In this document: piece after piece, positions 39,001 to 50,587 of the stretch
Layout: each line of letters begins with the position of its first letter
How positions within the stretch are numbered: position 1 is the first letter of the stretch
Assembly (NCBI RefSeq): GCF_018977255.1
Contig: NW_024704747.1
Location: forward strand, 27,094,001-27,158,000
Reading direction: 5' to 3'
Source of the DNA: Callorhinchus milii
Taxonomy: Eukaryota
Length of the DNA: 64,000 nt
The notes under the pieces: model-generated
What the model was told of the DNA's origin: nothing
Databases searched by the model: none
The model's input: the letters and a program-made list of their open reading frames with translations, nothing else
Made by a program: the position numbers and the translations under genes

Positions 39001-39987
39001 GGTCAGTCTGCTTACTGTCCAGGCTCACACACAGTGTGGCCATTTGGATGACCAGCCATTTGGCTTAACTATCGTTGTTTTTGCCAAAATTGGGTACTGT
39101 CCTTGAGAGAGTGGATGGGTGCGGGGAGAGTGAAGCGAAGATAGATCCACTAAATGTCTAAAGCTGACCAGTATTTTGCACCAAACTAGATAAATACTAG
39201 TCTGGCATTGTAAGATTGATTTGTATGTACATTGGTGCATTTGCAACAGATGTAACTGGGGAAAAAAAGGGAATTCCTAGTGTATTAGCAATGACAACGT
39301 AATCTAACCTAAAGACCTATATCCTCATGAAGAAATAAGAGGTTCTGTTCTTTAAAGGCTCTAAGTTACTTAAAGTGAATCTGCCAATCACAGGAAGAAA
39401 TTTGTGTCCTTTGATGTCCAGCATAATTGCTTTTAAATTGGTGAATTGAGATAATGTATTTCTATAGTGCCCTTCGCGCAAGGTAGAGTCTCTGAGCGCT
39501 TGAATTATAAATGAGAACTGAAGTTAGCATGTTACAAATACAAACTTGTCCATATTCGGTTAGTTCTTAGTACACTCTTAATGCTAAATAACTACAGTAC
39601 TGTACAATGTTAAAAAAAAATGTAGAGAATGGCTAATGGTGCAACAGTGCTGAAATGCTTTTTGTCAAAGCTTTTCTCTTTTCTGAGCAATTAGTATTGA
39701 TAGCCTGAAATTGTTGTGGAAATTGGCTTGTACATTACCAACTTTGAAAACTGTAGCTCTTGCATTAAGATGCACTCGGTAACTGCTTCAAGCAAATTGA
39801 CTATGAATTAATTTTTTTGTTGTTGTATTCAGGTGTGCTTGCTTCAGCTGGGATTCAGATGGAGTTCTTCAATGTTTCAGCTGTTTTGGAAGGAGAACAG
39901 TGGTGTATTATGAGACTAACTTCAGTGTTACCAGATTTGAGCCCTCTCAAACCACATGTGAAATTATTAGCACAACTGACCATATAA
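27017..39987 (+). CDS. PHGDH: D-3-phosphoglycerate dehydrogenase, 12 coding exons, about 529 aa
   Basis: Exons 27017-27151, 28944-29095, 29374-29439, 30124-30178, 31766-31864, 34287-34419, 35152-35300, 36329-36481, 36835-36973, 37509-37636, 38265-38490, 39833-39987; all GT-AG and in phase. Motifs [52 protein letters not shown] (Rossmann fold), [15 protein letters not shown] and [12 protein letters not shown], followed by the ASB/ACT regulatory region. Confidence 0.97.
27770..28045 (+). mobile_element. SINE fragments (body and tail)
   Basis: cttgggtaagtttccttactccacac...gtttgtgggacgctgctgttcgcaattggctgccg...aattcacttcacagaatattctgtgaagccctttgagacg. Confidence 0.75.
36092..36231 (+). mobile_element. 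CR1-type LINE 3' end
   Basis: aaggttacggggaaagagcgagggagtgggactag...gagctggcacaggctcaatgggccaaatggcctccttctgtgctgcagaattctatga has the typical CR1 3' hairpin and terminal attctatga unit. Confidence 0.75.
37040..37235 (+). mobile_element. Penelope-like element terminus (pseudo-LTR remnant)
   Basis: Pyrimidine-rich stretch followed by ttccagttctgacgaagggtcttggaccccgaaacgttgactc...tctccatagatgctgcctgacctgctgagtgttccccag, resembling a Penelope-type terminal repeat recalled from shark genomes. Confidence 0.65.
37137..37174 (+). ncRNA. Minimal type I hammerhead ribozyme motif
   Basis: AGUU-CUGACGA-A-GGGUC(UUG)GACCC-C-GAAA-CG-UU-GACU: both conserved core boxes, a 5-bp stem II, palindromic ACGU stem III and stem I AGUU/GACU. 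Confidence 0.6.
37965..38085 (-). mobile_element. SINE 3' tail fragment
   Basis: ataataatccttgcattttatatagcgccttatcacgtcttctagacatctcaaagcgcttcatagaatattctgtaaaatgaattgac. Confidence 0.75.
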
Positions 39988-42900
39988 AACCACCTGGAAG
40001 TTGTGTTAATTGTCCACTCAAGTACCAAGGATCTCATTTTAAATCATTTCTGATCATGAATTATTGCACCGAGCGCAAAGGAAAAGGTGGGACAATTTAT
40101 TTCATCAATGTTAAAGTTGGTGATGCAGTAGCACTTGTGAGAGTAAAATGATAAATAAGCTAATGAGAAAGTTGTAACCTTAGCATAGAACCAGTAGAAG
40201 TGTTTGACACTATTTTCCATGCTGTAAAACTGGAGTAATAAAGTTATACTCATAATGAGCACATTTGTGTGATGGTTCTTGATTAACTCTTCGTAACTTT
40301 CATAGTTTTTTTTAAACTTGATTTACAAAACCAAATTGTCTGGGTGTAGGATATGATGTATTGAGCCATGTAATCTGGCAAGGATCCATTTTAATCTGAG
40401 GCGAGTCAGCTACGGTAACAATAGGATTGTGCGATTACTTGACTGATCAGAATAAAGTGAGGGAGAGAATACATGTTCTCATTTACTGATTGCTTTGCAA
40501 TGAGTCCTGCTGGGAGCTCTGCATATGTGATGTCACGAGGGTAAGACCAAATGGCTTGTGACCCCGGCTAAATAGCATGTACTGTTTCATTTCCTGTGCA
40601 GAGAATGGGCTCAGGTACAAGTAGACTCGTGGGACACAATCCCAACATGAGTCATTGCTATCAAGGGGGGAAATGGGTTTGAAAATCTAAGAGCACTGCT
40701 GTAGATTTTATTTAAATACAATTGACGTGGCCCAACCTCAATTCTCTCGGGGCAGGAAATGTGTGTTCATTGGCCACGATAGCTCAGTGCACCATATGCC
40801 AATTGCTTGGGGCCACCTGCGTCCAATTTACTCCCGTAAATCCTTTGGGGCTGAATTTGAGGATAGGCTTTTGTTTCTTTTAAAAAGAAAACACATGCTC
40901 ACTAATGAGATTTAGTGCATCTTCTGATTTGTCATCTGATCTCAGGCACTCTGCAATGGCTGCAAGTAAGTACAGTACACACAGACAGAACTGTAGTACT
41001 CATGTCGGGAGCAGCTTGGACTTAATTTGGACTGAGTTATCTCATGTTGCACAGTACCTATTACAATCAGTGTAACACTGTGTCCTGTATGTTTGTAATC
41101 GGCCTCAGCTAAACAGCAGGGCAATAATTTATAATTATAATAATAATCCTTGCATTTGATAGAACGCATTATCTTGTCATAGAATATATTGTAAAGTGGA
41201 TTGACTATTTTGTGGGTGAAACTCGTCATTAAAATGATTAAAATATTATTGACTAATATATTAATGCTGTCTTCTTGGCGATTGTATCGGGCTTCTGTAA
41301 TGATCTAATTTCCAATCGCAGCGTTGGTGATCTTCTGGTGATCGAAAGTAGGATGACGGATTAACCGCTACTCGATTAAACCAAACAGCGGAACATACTT
41401 TTTGTGTAATATTCTTGTTTGTAGCATCTTGCTTTTGGATGATTATTTTAAAGATAAGTGTTTATTCTATCGAAACCCCAAAGTTGACCATTTTAAGTGC
41501 GCATTTGTCCACATGGAACAGATGAATGCACCTTGTTTGTCCTCTGACTTGCCATGAGATCATTCAATACAATAGAAAATCATTAAATGCTCTACTGAAA
41601 ATGGATGGATCGCTTATGCCTAATGCATTAGAGGACCGAAATGTTAGATTTACGTGCCAATTGCTCTCCTTTTCCTCATATAACTACCGTATAGTGTTCA
41701 AAAATCTAATTGTACCTATATATCTACAGCGATATAGATTCTTATCTCAAAAGCAGTATGTGTGTGGCCATTTAGCAACTGTCCTACTTGTTCGACGGAA
41801 ATGTTCAAATGTGCATTTATTTACCATTTAATCGTGTGTAAAATATATATATATAGATTTTAAAAATTTCAGCTGTAGTAAATTTTTGACCAACCATCTG
41901 TGTTCTCAATCTGAGAGCACAATACTGCCGTTAGATTACACACATTCACATTTCATTTTAATCACATTGAAATCCATTTAAAAAGGCATGACATGACCTT
42001 TACACTGCTGAAAACATCCTTTTTTAATAAAAAAAATTATTAATTTACTTAAGTCATAAACTCTAACAAAACCAAATGCAGCCGTTCTAATGCCAACAAT
42101 TAGTTCTAATGTGATCAGTATCCAAAAGATTTTTATTAAAAAAAAGGTTCTATGTTATATCAATCTATATGACATCCAAGTGATCCAGTTAATGGTTGCT
42201 ATGGCAAAGGTTGTTAGCGTTGCTTCGAATGGCTGCTTGAGACATACACACATAATTCAGAAATGTTGCTTCCCCTAATCTTAAATCCTGAATATTTTCC
42301 ACTAATAATCAACGTGAGAAATTCATTGTGAAATGCAACAAATTATTTTGTAATTAAATACAAGTCTTATTGTAATATGTAAATATATTGTAATTAAATG
42401 CAACACAATTTATTATATAAAATAATTACTTGTGGCCACTAAAGACAGCAGACCTGCATTATAATATATAATAAACAATAATATAATATTCCTTGCATTT
42501 GGAAGGATTATTATTTATATTATTCTCCATAGTGACAATCTCTGGTTACAAGAGGAAGAATAATTCAGATAAATGAAAACGCGTGTGGTGGGGGTTTGGG
42601 GGGGTCTTTCTAGGACAAAGAGGATATCAGTAAACTGCACTTTGCTCCCCTTTATAAGCAATTTGACTTCAGAGCAAATCTGGTAAAATCCTAATTTTTT
42701 CTATAAAAAAATTAAAAGGCTTTATGGGACCTTTGTCTTTGTCTTCCGAAAAGAAGCAGGGAATATGCTAAGCGGGTGGATCTGTTCTGGGGAAATAAAT
42801 ACAGCACAAAAGTCCTCCCAGTTCTAAATTCAGATCTGTCCCTGGAGACCTTGGTGAGTGTCAGGGTGCAACCTCAGCCTATTATAGAGAGTCTGTGACA

Positions 42901-43829
42901 GCTGAGCAGCTCAATGCACAGCACACTCCAAAATAGAGCTGGCCGCAATCCTCGAGTTCTTGTGATGAGAGCTCATCTGCCACCCACTGGCTTGGCTTTC
43001 AGTCCGTGGATTGCATTTGTTCACCAAAATATCCCTAGACAACACCGTCTCCTGAAAGAACTAACTGCCCAGCAGGAGAGGAACATAATCGATCTGTATT
43101 GAAAAGGTATGTAGGACTATTGTTTACTAAGCAGGGAGGGAGGGAGGCTGTGCTTTTTTTAAACACTGACCCGTTATAATTACCAAACCTTATATTTTCT
43201 GAGATCGCCTGTCGTTCATAAGCTGCTTATCGCGATTGTGTTTTTTTTTAAATAAAGAAAGGACACCAACATCTAACTCTGCAATGTTAAACCCAACATC
43301 TAACCCGGTAATATGGTGTCCAAATTTACATTCTGTCTTCATTTGGAAAAATAAAATTTTAACAATTAAAAGATTGCAGTATTTTTCTACACTCCCAACC
43401 GTTCAAAAGCAATCTGATTTGTCAACATGGAATCCCTGACCTTATTTATTCCAAAAGAAACCGACTGGTGTACATGTTTAGTATGTTTAGAAACAGAAAA
43501 TAATGCTGAGACATGATTGAGACAGCAGATGTCATTCAGCACAGAAGAGCCAAAGGGTAAAGGAAAGTCTGTTCACGTAGTTGCACTCAGTAATATCACA
43601 CAATCTACACCCACTTACAATCCTGGTATCAAGATATATATACTCTTACAAATTGTGCTGTTTTGTAACCCCAACCTAAGTGAGGATAAAGTATACTTTT
43701 TTTAAAGGTTCCCACAAAGCAGGAGGTTTATTAGGAAAATAAACAGAGCCGCAAGGTTGCTTGCTGATGTTTCAGAAGGACCTACAATGTATACTGTACC
43801 TGTTGCAAATTAGGAACTGTATTGTTAAT

Positions 43830-44140
43830 CATAATAATAATCCTTGGATTTGATATAGCACCTCAAAATAATAATAATAATTTGGTCACTCAATCCATGA
43901 CCGAGATTGGGAGCTTCATCCCACACAGCGCTCTGGGACACTTCCCTGCGTGAGGAGCGCTACATAATACAAATTTCTGTTGTTGTTGTTGACTGTTTGT
44001 GGGACGCTGCTGTGAGCAATTGGCTGCCACATTTCGCCCACAAAGTATACACTTTGCAGTATATTCTGTGAAGCACTTTGAGACGTCTCGAAGACATAAT
44101 AAAATCCTATATCAAATGCAAGGATTATTAGTATTATTAT
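43830..44140. mobile_element. Cluster of SINE fragments in both orientations
   Basis: Minus-strand tail at ~43832-43865 and plus-strand tail gtttgtgggacgctgctgtgagcaattggctgcc...atcaaatgcaaggattatt at ~43995-44128. Confidence 0.65.
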
Positions 44141-44534
44141 CACATTATAGAGATGTCTCAATAGGTCTCAATATTCCATAGAGCACAATGATTTCTGTGG
44201 AGGAGATGACATTAATTTAAGTCTATATTTTTAGTTCAGACCAGTTACTCCAGAGAGTTAAGTTTCTTTTTTAAATCAGTAGTTGCATACTTCTGTTTAG
44301 GGTGTTTTTGAGAACTATATCCAATATCGATGTTTAATTCATTATGATTCAGCGCAACTTAAGCATGTGTTTAGCATCTCTCTTGCAGAGTACATACCAC
44401 ATTAACAAAATATTGTTACAGTAGTCTCATTGGTGTCAAAGACAATTACATATAACGAGACAAGCCTTGTATATTTAATGCTGTAAAGGCAAACACTCTG
44501 TGAAGATGACATTGATCAATGTTTTTTTNCAGAA

Positions 44535-47494
44535 ATGGCTGTTCAAGGGGATGACGAATATTCCTATGAGTTTAAGGACTCGTGTCATTCTATGGAATTC
44601 CTGGATGCCTTTAAAGAGTTTTATTTGAATGGATTATTTGCAGACATCACTTTGCAGTGTGTGTCCGGACAGTTGTTTCATTGCCACAAAGCAGCTCTGG
44701 CAGCTTGCAGCACCTATTTCAAGATAATGTTCACCGCGGATATGAAGGAAAAAGGCAACAAGGTCATTAAACTCCCCGGCGTTGATCACAGCATCCTGGA
44801 GGCTCTTGTGTGCTATGTATACACATCAGAGGTGGTAATAACAGAAAAAAATGTCCAGAGTCTTTTGGAGGCTGCAGATCTTCTGCAGTTTATATCCGTA
44901 AAAAAAGCATGTGAAGACTTTCTGGCCAGACACCTGGATGTCGACAACTGTTTGGGAATGCATTCCTTCGGTGAGTTCCACGTTTGCACCGATTTAGAAA
45001 AGGAATCTCGAAGGATGATCCTCTCCAGGTTTGAAGAAGTTTCAAGACAGGACGAATTCTTGGAGCTCAGCAAGGACAAACTCTTTTTCATTCTTTCCAG
45101 GGATAACCTCAACGTGTGGAAAGAAGATGTCCTTTTGGAAGCCATAGTTAAGTGGATTGCGTACGATGTGAAAAACAGAATTGAATGTGTGGAAGAATTA
45201 CTGAGGTACATTGACGTTGATTTGGACGAGTTGTACCTCAGAACAGCACTGGAGTTGCACGGGCGACGCCTGCTCACCAGTAACATTAAGATGCGTTCCT
45301 TAAAATGTCACATTTTGAAAGAAAAACAAAATAATCTCAATCCGCTGTCTTGGAAGCCAACGTGCAATATGTTTATCGTTGGCGGTTATTATTGGCATCC
45401 ATTGTCAGAGGTCCATGTTTGGAATCCTTTGACCAATTCCTGGATACAGGGCTCACAGATGCCTGACCACACAAGAGAAAGCTATAGTGTATCTGCTTTG
45501 GGAGCGCACATTTATGTGACAGGAGGTTATAGGTCAGACAATCTGGAAGCTCTGGACACTGTATGGATCTATAATGCAGAAAGGGATGACTGGACAGAAG
45601 GGAGTCCTATGTTGAATGCTCGCTATTATCACTGCTCAATTACTATGAGTGGATGTGTCTATGCAATGGGTGGTTACACAGGAGGGGCTCCAAATCAAGA
45701 AGCAGAATTTTATGATCCCTTGAAAAAGAGATGGATCCCGATTGCAAACATGCTGAAAGGTACACAACAACTTATACTGGCAATTAATGCAACACCTGTG
45801 TTGTTTACAACTAGAATTAATAAGACCATTTATAAGGCCTTAGATTGTAGACTTTAGAATTACATTTAGAACCTTAATTTATCTCTATTAAATAATAATA
45901 ATTTATTAATTATTTCTATTAAAAAGAATGAGTGTACATGGAAAGAGGGACAACTTTGCTTCTAGGAAATGTGACTACTTCAGTACTTTGATTTATTTCA
46001 AAATTCAAATCAACTGAACTAGCCAAGCCATTTATGTTGTACTTGATATAGGTTTAAATATGCCCTCTGATTGTCATATCGGCAGCTAGTTTTTTTTATC
46101 ATATAACTGCATCAGTACTAATGGAACTTTGATGTATAGGAGTTGGAAATGCAACAGCTTGCGTCCTCCGAGATGTCATATACGTAATCGGAGGCCATTA
46201 TGGTTATCGAGGAAGTTCCACATATGACAAAATTCAGAGTTACACTTCAGATCTTAACGAATGGACCATTGTGACAATTACTCCACATCCAGGTAACATA
46301 CTGTAAGAAAATTGGCTAAACAGAACTGACTTTGATGTTAATGAGCCATTGCTTTCTTCCCTCTTGTGTTTCGAACTGTGCTGATTTAATACATGGCACA
46401 ATCTGAGATGCAGAATAAATTTTGTTCCTGTCAAGGTTTTTACTAACTATACTTGTTAGCTTTGATCCCATTAGTCTGGGAACAAGACATGCAAATGACA
46501 GGCAGCACTGTTATATTTGTATCCCCATTGCATCCTCATAATTATGTTCTGTCTCACAGAACAGTTGCTATTGTTATTTGTGTCTGATGCTGAATGAATA
46601 TAGGTGTTAATTTCCTTTAGTTGGTAACACTTTTGCATTTAAGTCTGTAAGTTGTGGTCCAAGTTCCAGGTCTGGACTTTAAAAATCCCATGAAAAGAGA
46701 CAAGTGTTTTTTTGGCAACCTAGGCACCAATTTTCCAGATTAATTGGTCAGTCACCTCATTTTGTGGGAACCCAATGATATCTGTGACGATAATCTATGA
46801 ACTGTTGGAAATGTAACTGACCTAGATGGAAAGGGGATCTGATTTCGCCCACAAAATATGCAGTCAATTCACTTTACCTTATATTGGGTGAAGCGTTTTG
46901 AGACGTCTTGAAGATGTGATAAGGCGCTATATCAAATGCAAGGATGATTATTATTCAATGATCATTCCGGCTAGCAGGCAATAATAGAAATTCACTTGCC
47001 GAGGTTCATAAATCGACTAACCAACAAAGAATTGTCTCATCATGTAGATTGAGGGGAAAAATAGCATTGTAGTCAAAAGATTTAAGATTAGAAAACTGTG
47101 CATCAAATTGGTATAAGTAAATGGAATTGCATTTTGCTACAAGTTGCTAATTCAGATATGTGTTTTTTTCCCCCTAGAGTATGGACTTTGCTCTGTTGGT
47201 TTATATGATAAGCTTTACTTAGTTGGCGGCCAAACAACAATTACTGAATGTTATGATCCAGAGAAGAATCAGTGGAGACAGATAGCCCAGATGAATGAAA
47301 GGCGGATGGAATCAGGTGCATTGGTGATGAATGGTTGCATTTATGTCACAGGTGGATACTCCTATTCTAAGGGAACGTACTTACAGAGTATTGAGAAATA
47401 TGACCCTGAGCAAGACTCTTGGGAAATAGTTGGGAACCTGCCTAGTGCAATGCGTTCACATGGCTGTGTTAGTGTGTATAACGTGTCATCGTAA
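44535..47494 (+). CDS. KLHL23: Kelch-like protein 23 (BTB-BACK-Kelch), 3 coding exons, about 564 aa
   Basis: Exons 44535-45759, 46140-46292, 47178-47494. BTB (FADITLQC...FHCHKAALAACSTYFKIMFTADMKEK) and BACK domains, then Kelch repeats (GGYYWHPLSEVH, GGHYGYRGS, GGYSYSKGTYLQSIEKYDP, MRSHGCV). Position upstream of SSB agrees. Confidence 0.95.
46843..46955 (+). mobile_element. SINE 3' tail fragment
   Basis: ttcgcccacaaaatatgcagtcaattcacttta...gaagcgttttgagacgtcttgaagatgtgataaggcgctatatcaaatgcaagg. Confidence 0.75.
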
Positions 47495-48520
47495 AAGGTA
47501 TTATTTTATTTATAATCTGGTATTTTTTAGCCCACCGAACAAAATACACGTATCACAATGGGGATAAAGTTATAACAGTTGTTTCACCTGTACCTCACGA
47601 TCTCTGGGCACAAATGCATCAGGAAAAGTGAAATATTCAGACACGCAGGATACTTAAGGAGTACATTCTATAAGTCAGATTTCCCCATTAAGTGAAGGAG
47701 ACCTGACATTTTACACCATTTGTATTGTATTTTGAAATGATTACTATTTATACTATTGAGATGTGTAATGTTTAATAAAAACAAAAACATAGTTGGTTGT
47801 TTATCCTGATTCTTGTGATTAAAACGGACATGCTGTTTGTTCAACTTAAGCTGAACTTAAGATATAAAACACACAAGTTCCACAGATTTACTTCGTGTTG
47901 TGCATTTATTTAAATGACACTGTGACATACATAACCCAATCGGTACATCAGTTAAACAAATCTTACAATTTTGAGATCCAATTTGAGAAGTGCGTTTCGC
48001 GCGAGGTGTCCTGGCCAAACAACCTCCCAGATTATAAAACCGGTCTTTCGCTTCACGGCTGTTTATGGGTCATCGCCGTGTACAAATTCGTTGTTCCCGT
48101 TCCCCTCCCTCAAAGTATACAGACACGACACTTTACAGTAACTCCTGCCTAGCGCTTTCACAAGTCCTCCAGACAAGGTGCAATATCAAAAGCGGGGATT
48201 ATTGAGAGATAAGAGCGTTTTCGATTCGCCGCCGGTGCGCGATTAAGAAAAAAATAGATACAATCACAAGGAGTCCTGGCGATTTTTTTTCTCTTAAGTT
48301 CAGTTTGATGTTTTTTTTTAGGAAATAACATTGTGGGGCATAGCACACGGGTAGTTAGGGAGACATGTGTGCAGAGCGACCGCCGGGAAGGTGGCAGCTG
48401 GTACTAGATGGGCCTTTTTTTTTTGACTGGCATTTTCTTAGGATGCACTTAAGCAGTGATCTTAAGCAACTACCAGACACCTCCTGACCAAACCAAACCA
48501 CACACACAGACATAACATAA

Positions 48521-49401
48521 NNNNNNNNNNNNNNNNNNNNNNNNNNNNNNNNNNNNNNNNNNNNNNNNNNNNNNNNNNNNNNNNNNNNNNNNNNNNNNNN
48601 NNNNNNNNNNNNNNNNNNNNNNNNNNNNNNNNNNNNNNNNNNNNNNNNNNNNNNNNNNNNNNNNNNNNNNNNNNNNNNNNNNNNNNNNNNNNNNNNNNNN
48701 NNNNNNNNNNNNNNNNNNNNNNNNNNNNNNNNNNNNNNNNNNNNNNNNNNNNNNNNNNNNNNNNNNNNNNNNNNNNNNNNNNNNNNNNNNNNNNNNNNNN
48801 NNNNNNNNNNNNNNNNNNNNNNNNNNNNNNNNNNNNNNNNNNNNNNNNNNNNNNNNNNNNNNNNNNNNNNNNNNNNNNNNNNNNNNNNNNNNNNNNNNNN
48901 NNNNNNNNNNNNNNNNNNNNNNNNNNNNNNNNNNNNNNNNNNNNNNNNNNNNNNNNNNNNNNNNNNNNNNNNNNNNNNNNNNNNNNNNNNNNNNNNNNNN
49001 NNNNNNNNNNNNNNNNNNNNNNNNNNNNNNNNNNNNNNNNNNNNNNNNNNNNNNNNNNNNNNNNNNNNNNNNNNNNNNNNNNNNNNNNNNNNNNNNNNNN
49101 NNNNNNNNNNNNNNNNNNNNNNNNNNNNNNNNNNNNNNNNNNNNNNNNNNNNNNNNNNNNNNNNNNNNNNNNNNNNNNNNNNNNNNNNNNNNNNNNNNNN
49201 NNNNNNNNNNNNNNNNNNNNNNNNNNNNNNNNNNNNNNNNNNNNNNNNNNNNNNNNNNNNNNNNNNNNNNNNNNNNNNNNNNNNNNNNNNNNNNNNNNNN
49301 NNNNNNNNNNNNNNNNNNNNNNNNNNNNNNNNNNNNNNNNNNNNNNNNNNNNNNNNNNNNNNNNNNNNNNNNNNNNNNNNNNNNNNNNNNNNNNNNNNNN
49401 N
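48521..49401. other. Assembly gap (N run)
   Basis: Continuous N bases abutting the GC-rich SSB promoter. Confidence 0.99.
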
Positions 49402-49960
49402 NCCCCCGCCCCTCCCCCCCCCGGTCGATGCTCACCCTATCGATCGGGGGGTTACGGCACGTGGGCCTTGGCCGGAAGTAGCCGCGCTGGCTGCTGGGAG
49501 GCTTTAAACAGGCGGCGGCGGCGGCGCGCGAGGCTGAAGCGGCGGTTTGTGGAGGAACCGGAGCTCGGGTTGAGGTAAAAAAAAAAGTGTGCGTTTGTGT
49601 GTGTGTGTGTGGGAGCGGCCACCGCTCACCTCCCCCTCCCCCAGAGAGAGAGAGAGAGAGGGAGAGAGGGTTACGACAGGGCCGCTGCGGGGCCTAATCT
49701 GCTCTGTGCTTGTGGGCTGAGGCCACGGCCTGTCTTTCCCTCCTCACGCCGCCCCCCACCCCACCCCCACCCACCGCGGGGTGGGAAGGGGAATCCGTGC
49801 GGCGGCGGCGGCGGCAAACCGCGGGCACATGGCGGCCCTCAGGCGGGTTGAGCAGAGCTGAGGCCTGACCTCTCTGCTGGTGGGACACACACGCGCACAA
49901 GCGATGGCCTCCGGACGCCACCCTCGCCCGACTGGTCAGCGAAGCGTGGAGACCTCGTGG
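49402..49960 (+). promoter_or_regulatory. SSB CpG-island promoter and non-coding first exon
   Basis: GC box ccccgccc (~49404), E-box cacgtg 49458-49463, ETS ccggaagt 49472-49479, candidate donor tgag|gtaaaa after 49574. Confidence 0.7.
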
Positions 49961-50587
49961 CTCGGCCCAGGGGTCAAGGAGCTGAACTAATGTGGTGGTG
50001 GGTGGGAGAGAGAGAGAGAGAGGGAGAATCAGCAACGTCGGGACATCATCCCTCTCCTCTCTTCACCGGTGTGTGTGTGTGTGTGTGTGTGGGAGGGGGT
50101 GGGGTGGGGAGGGGGTATTATTGGGGCCCCAACTGGTGATGGACCCCTCCACCGCCCACCTGCCTTTCGGCGGGATCCGTCGTTTCCACGGAGAGAGGGG
50201 CTCCTCCTCTGCCCCCCAGTCTGCACGGGGAGGGACCCCCCCCTTTGGCGGTGCAGTTCTCCCGAAGCTGCGCAGGGTTTTGGTTTTCAGTTTCAATTCG
50301 ATGAAGTGTAAATGCAGTGCGTGGCTCCGTCTGCCTTTTATGTTGAATTTGGTTTATTTGCTCAACGCGAGTGGCTTTCTCTCTCTCTCTCCTTTTTTTT
50401 TGATCCTTCAGGTACATACATCAGAGGTGTTTTTTTTTCTTCTCCCCCCCCCCCCCCCCTCCCCCACGTTTGCCCGAAGCGAGAGAAAAAAAAAACTCGA
50501 GGGTCGGTTTTGCTTTTGGGCGGCAAATGGACCGAAGAGGAAAGTGGTCTCAGATATATATTCTGCATTTTCTTGCAGGCGTTCAAA

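Noticed and set aside
24989-39987. PHOSPHO2 and PHGDH as an operon-like serine/vitamin B6 metabolic cluster
   Set aside because: The link (a HAD phosphatase beside PHGDH; PLP is the PSAT1 cofactor) is speculative. PHGDH has its own GC-box promoter region and PHOSPHO2 has its own AATAAA signals.
48470-49435. 321-aa ORF, and similar ORFs at 63202-63621
   Set aside because: Artefacts of translating across N gaps.
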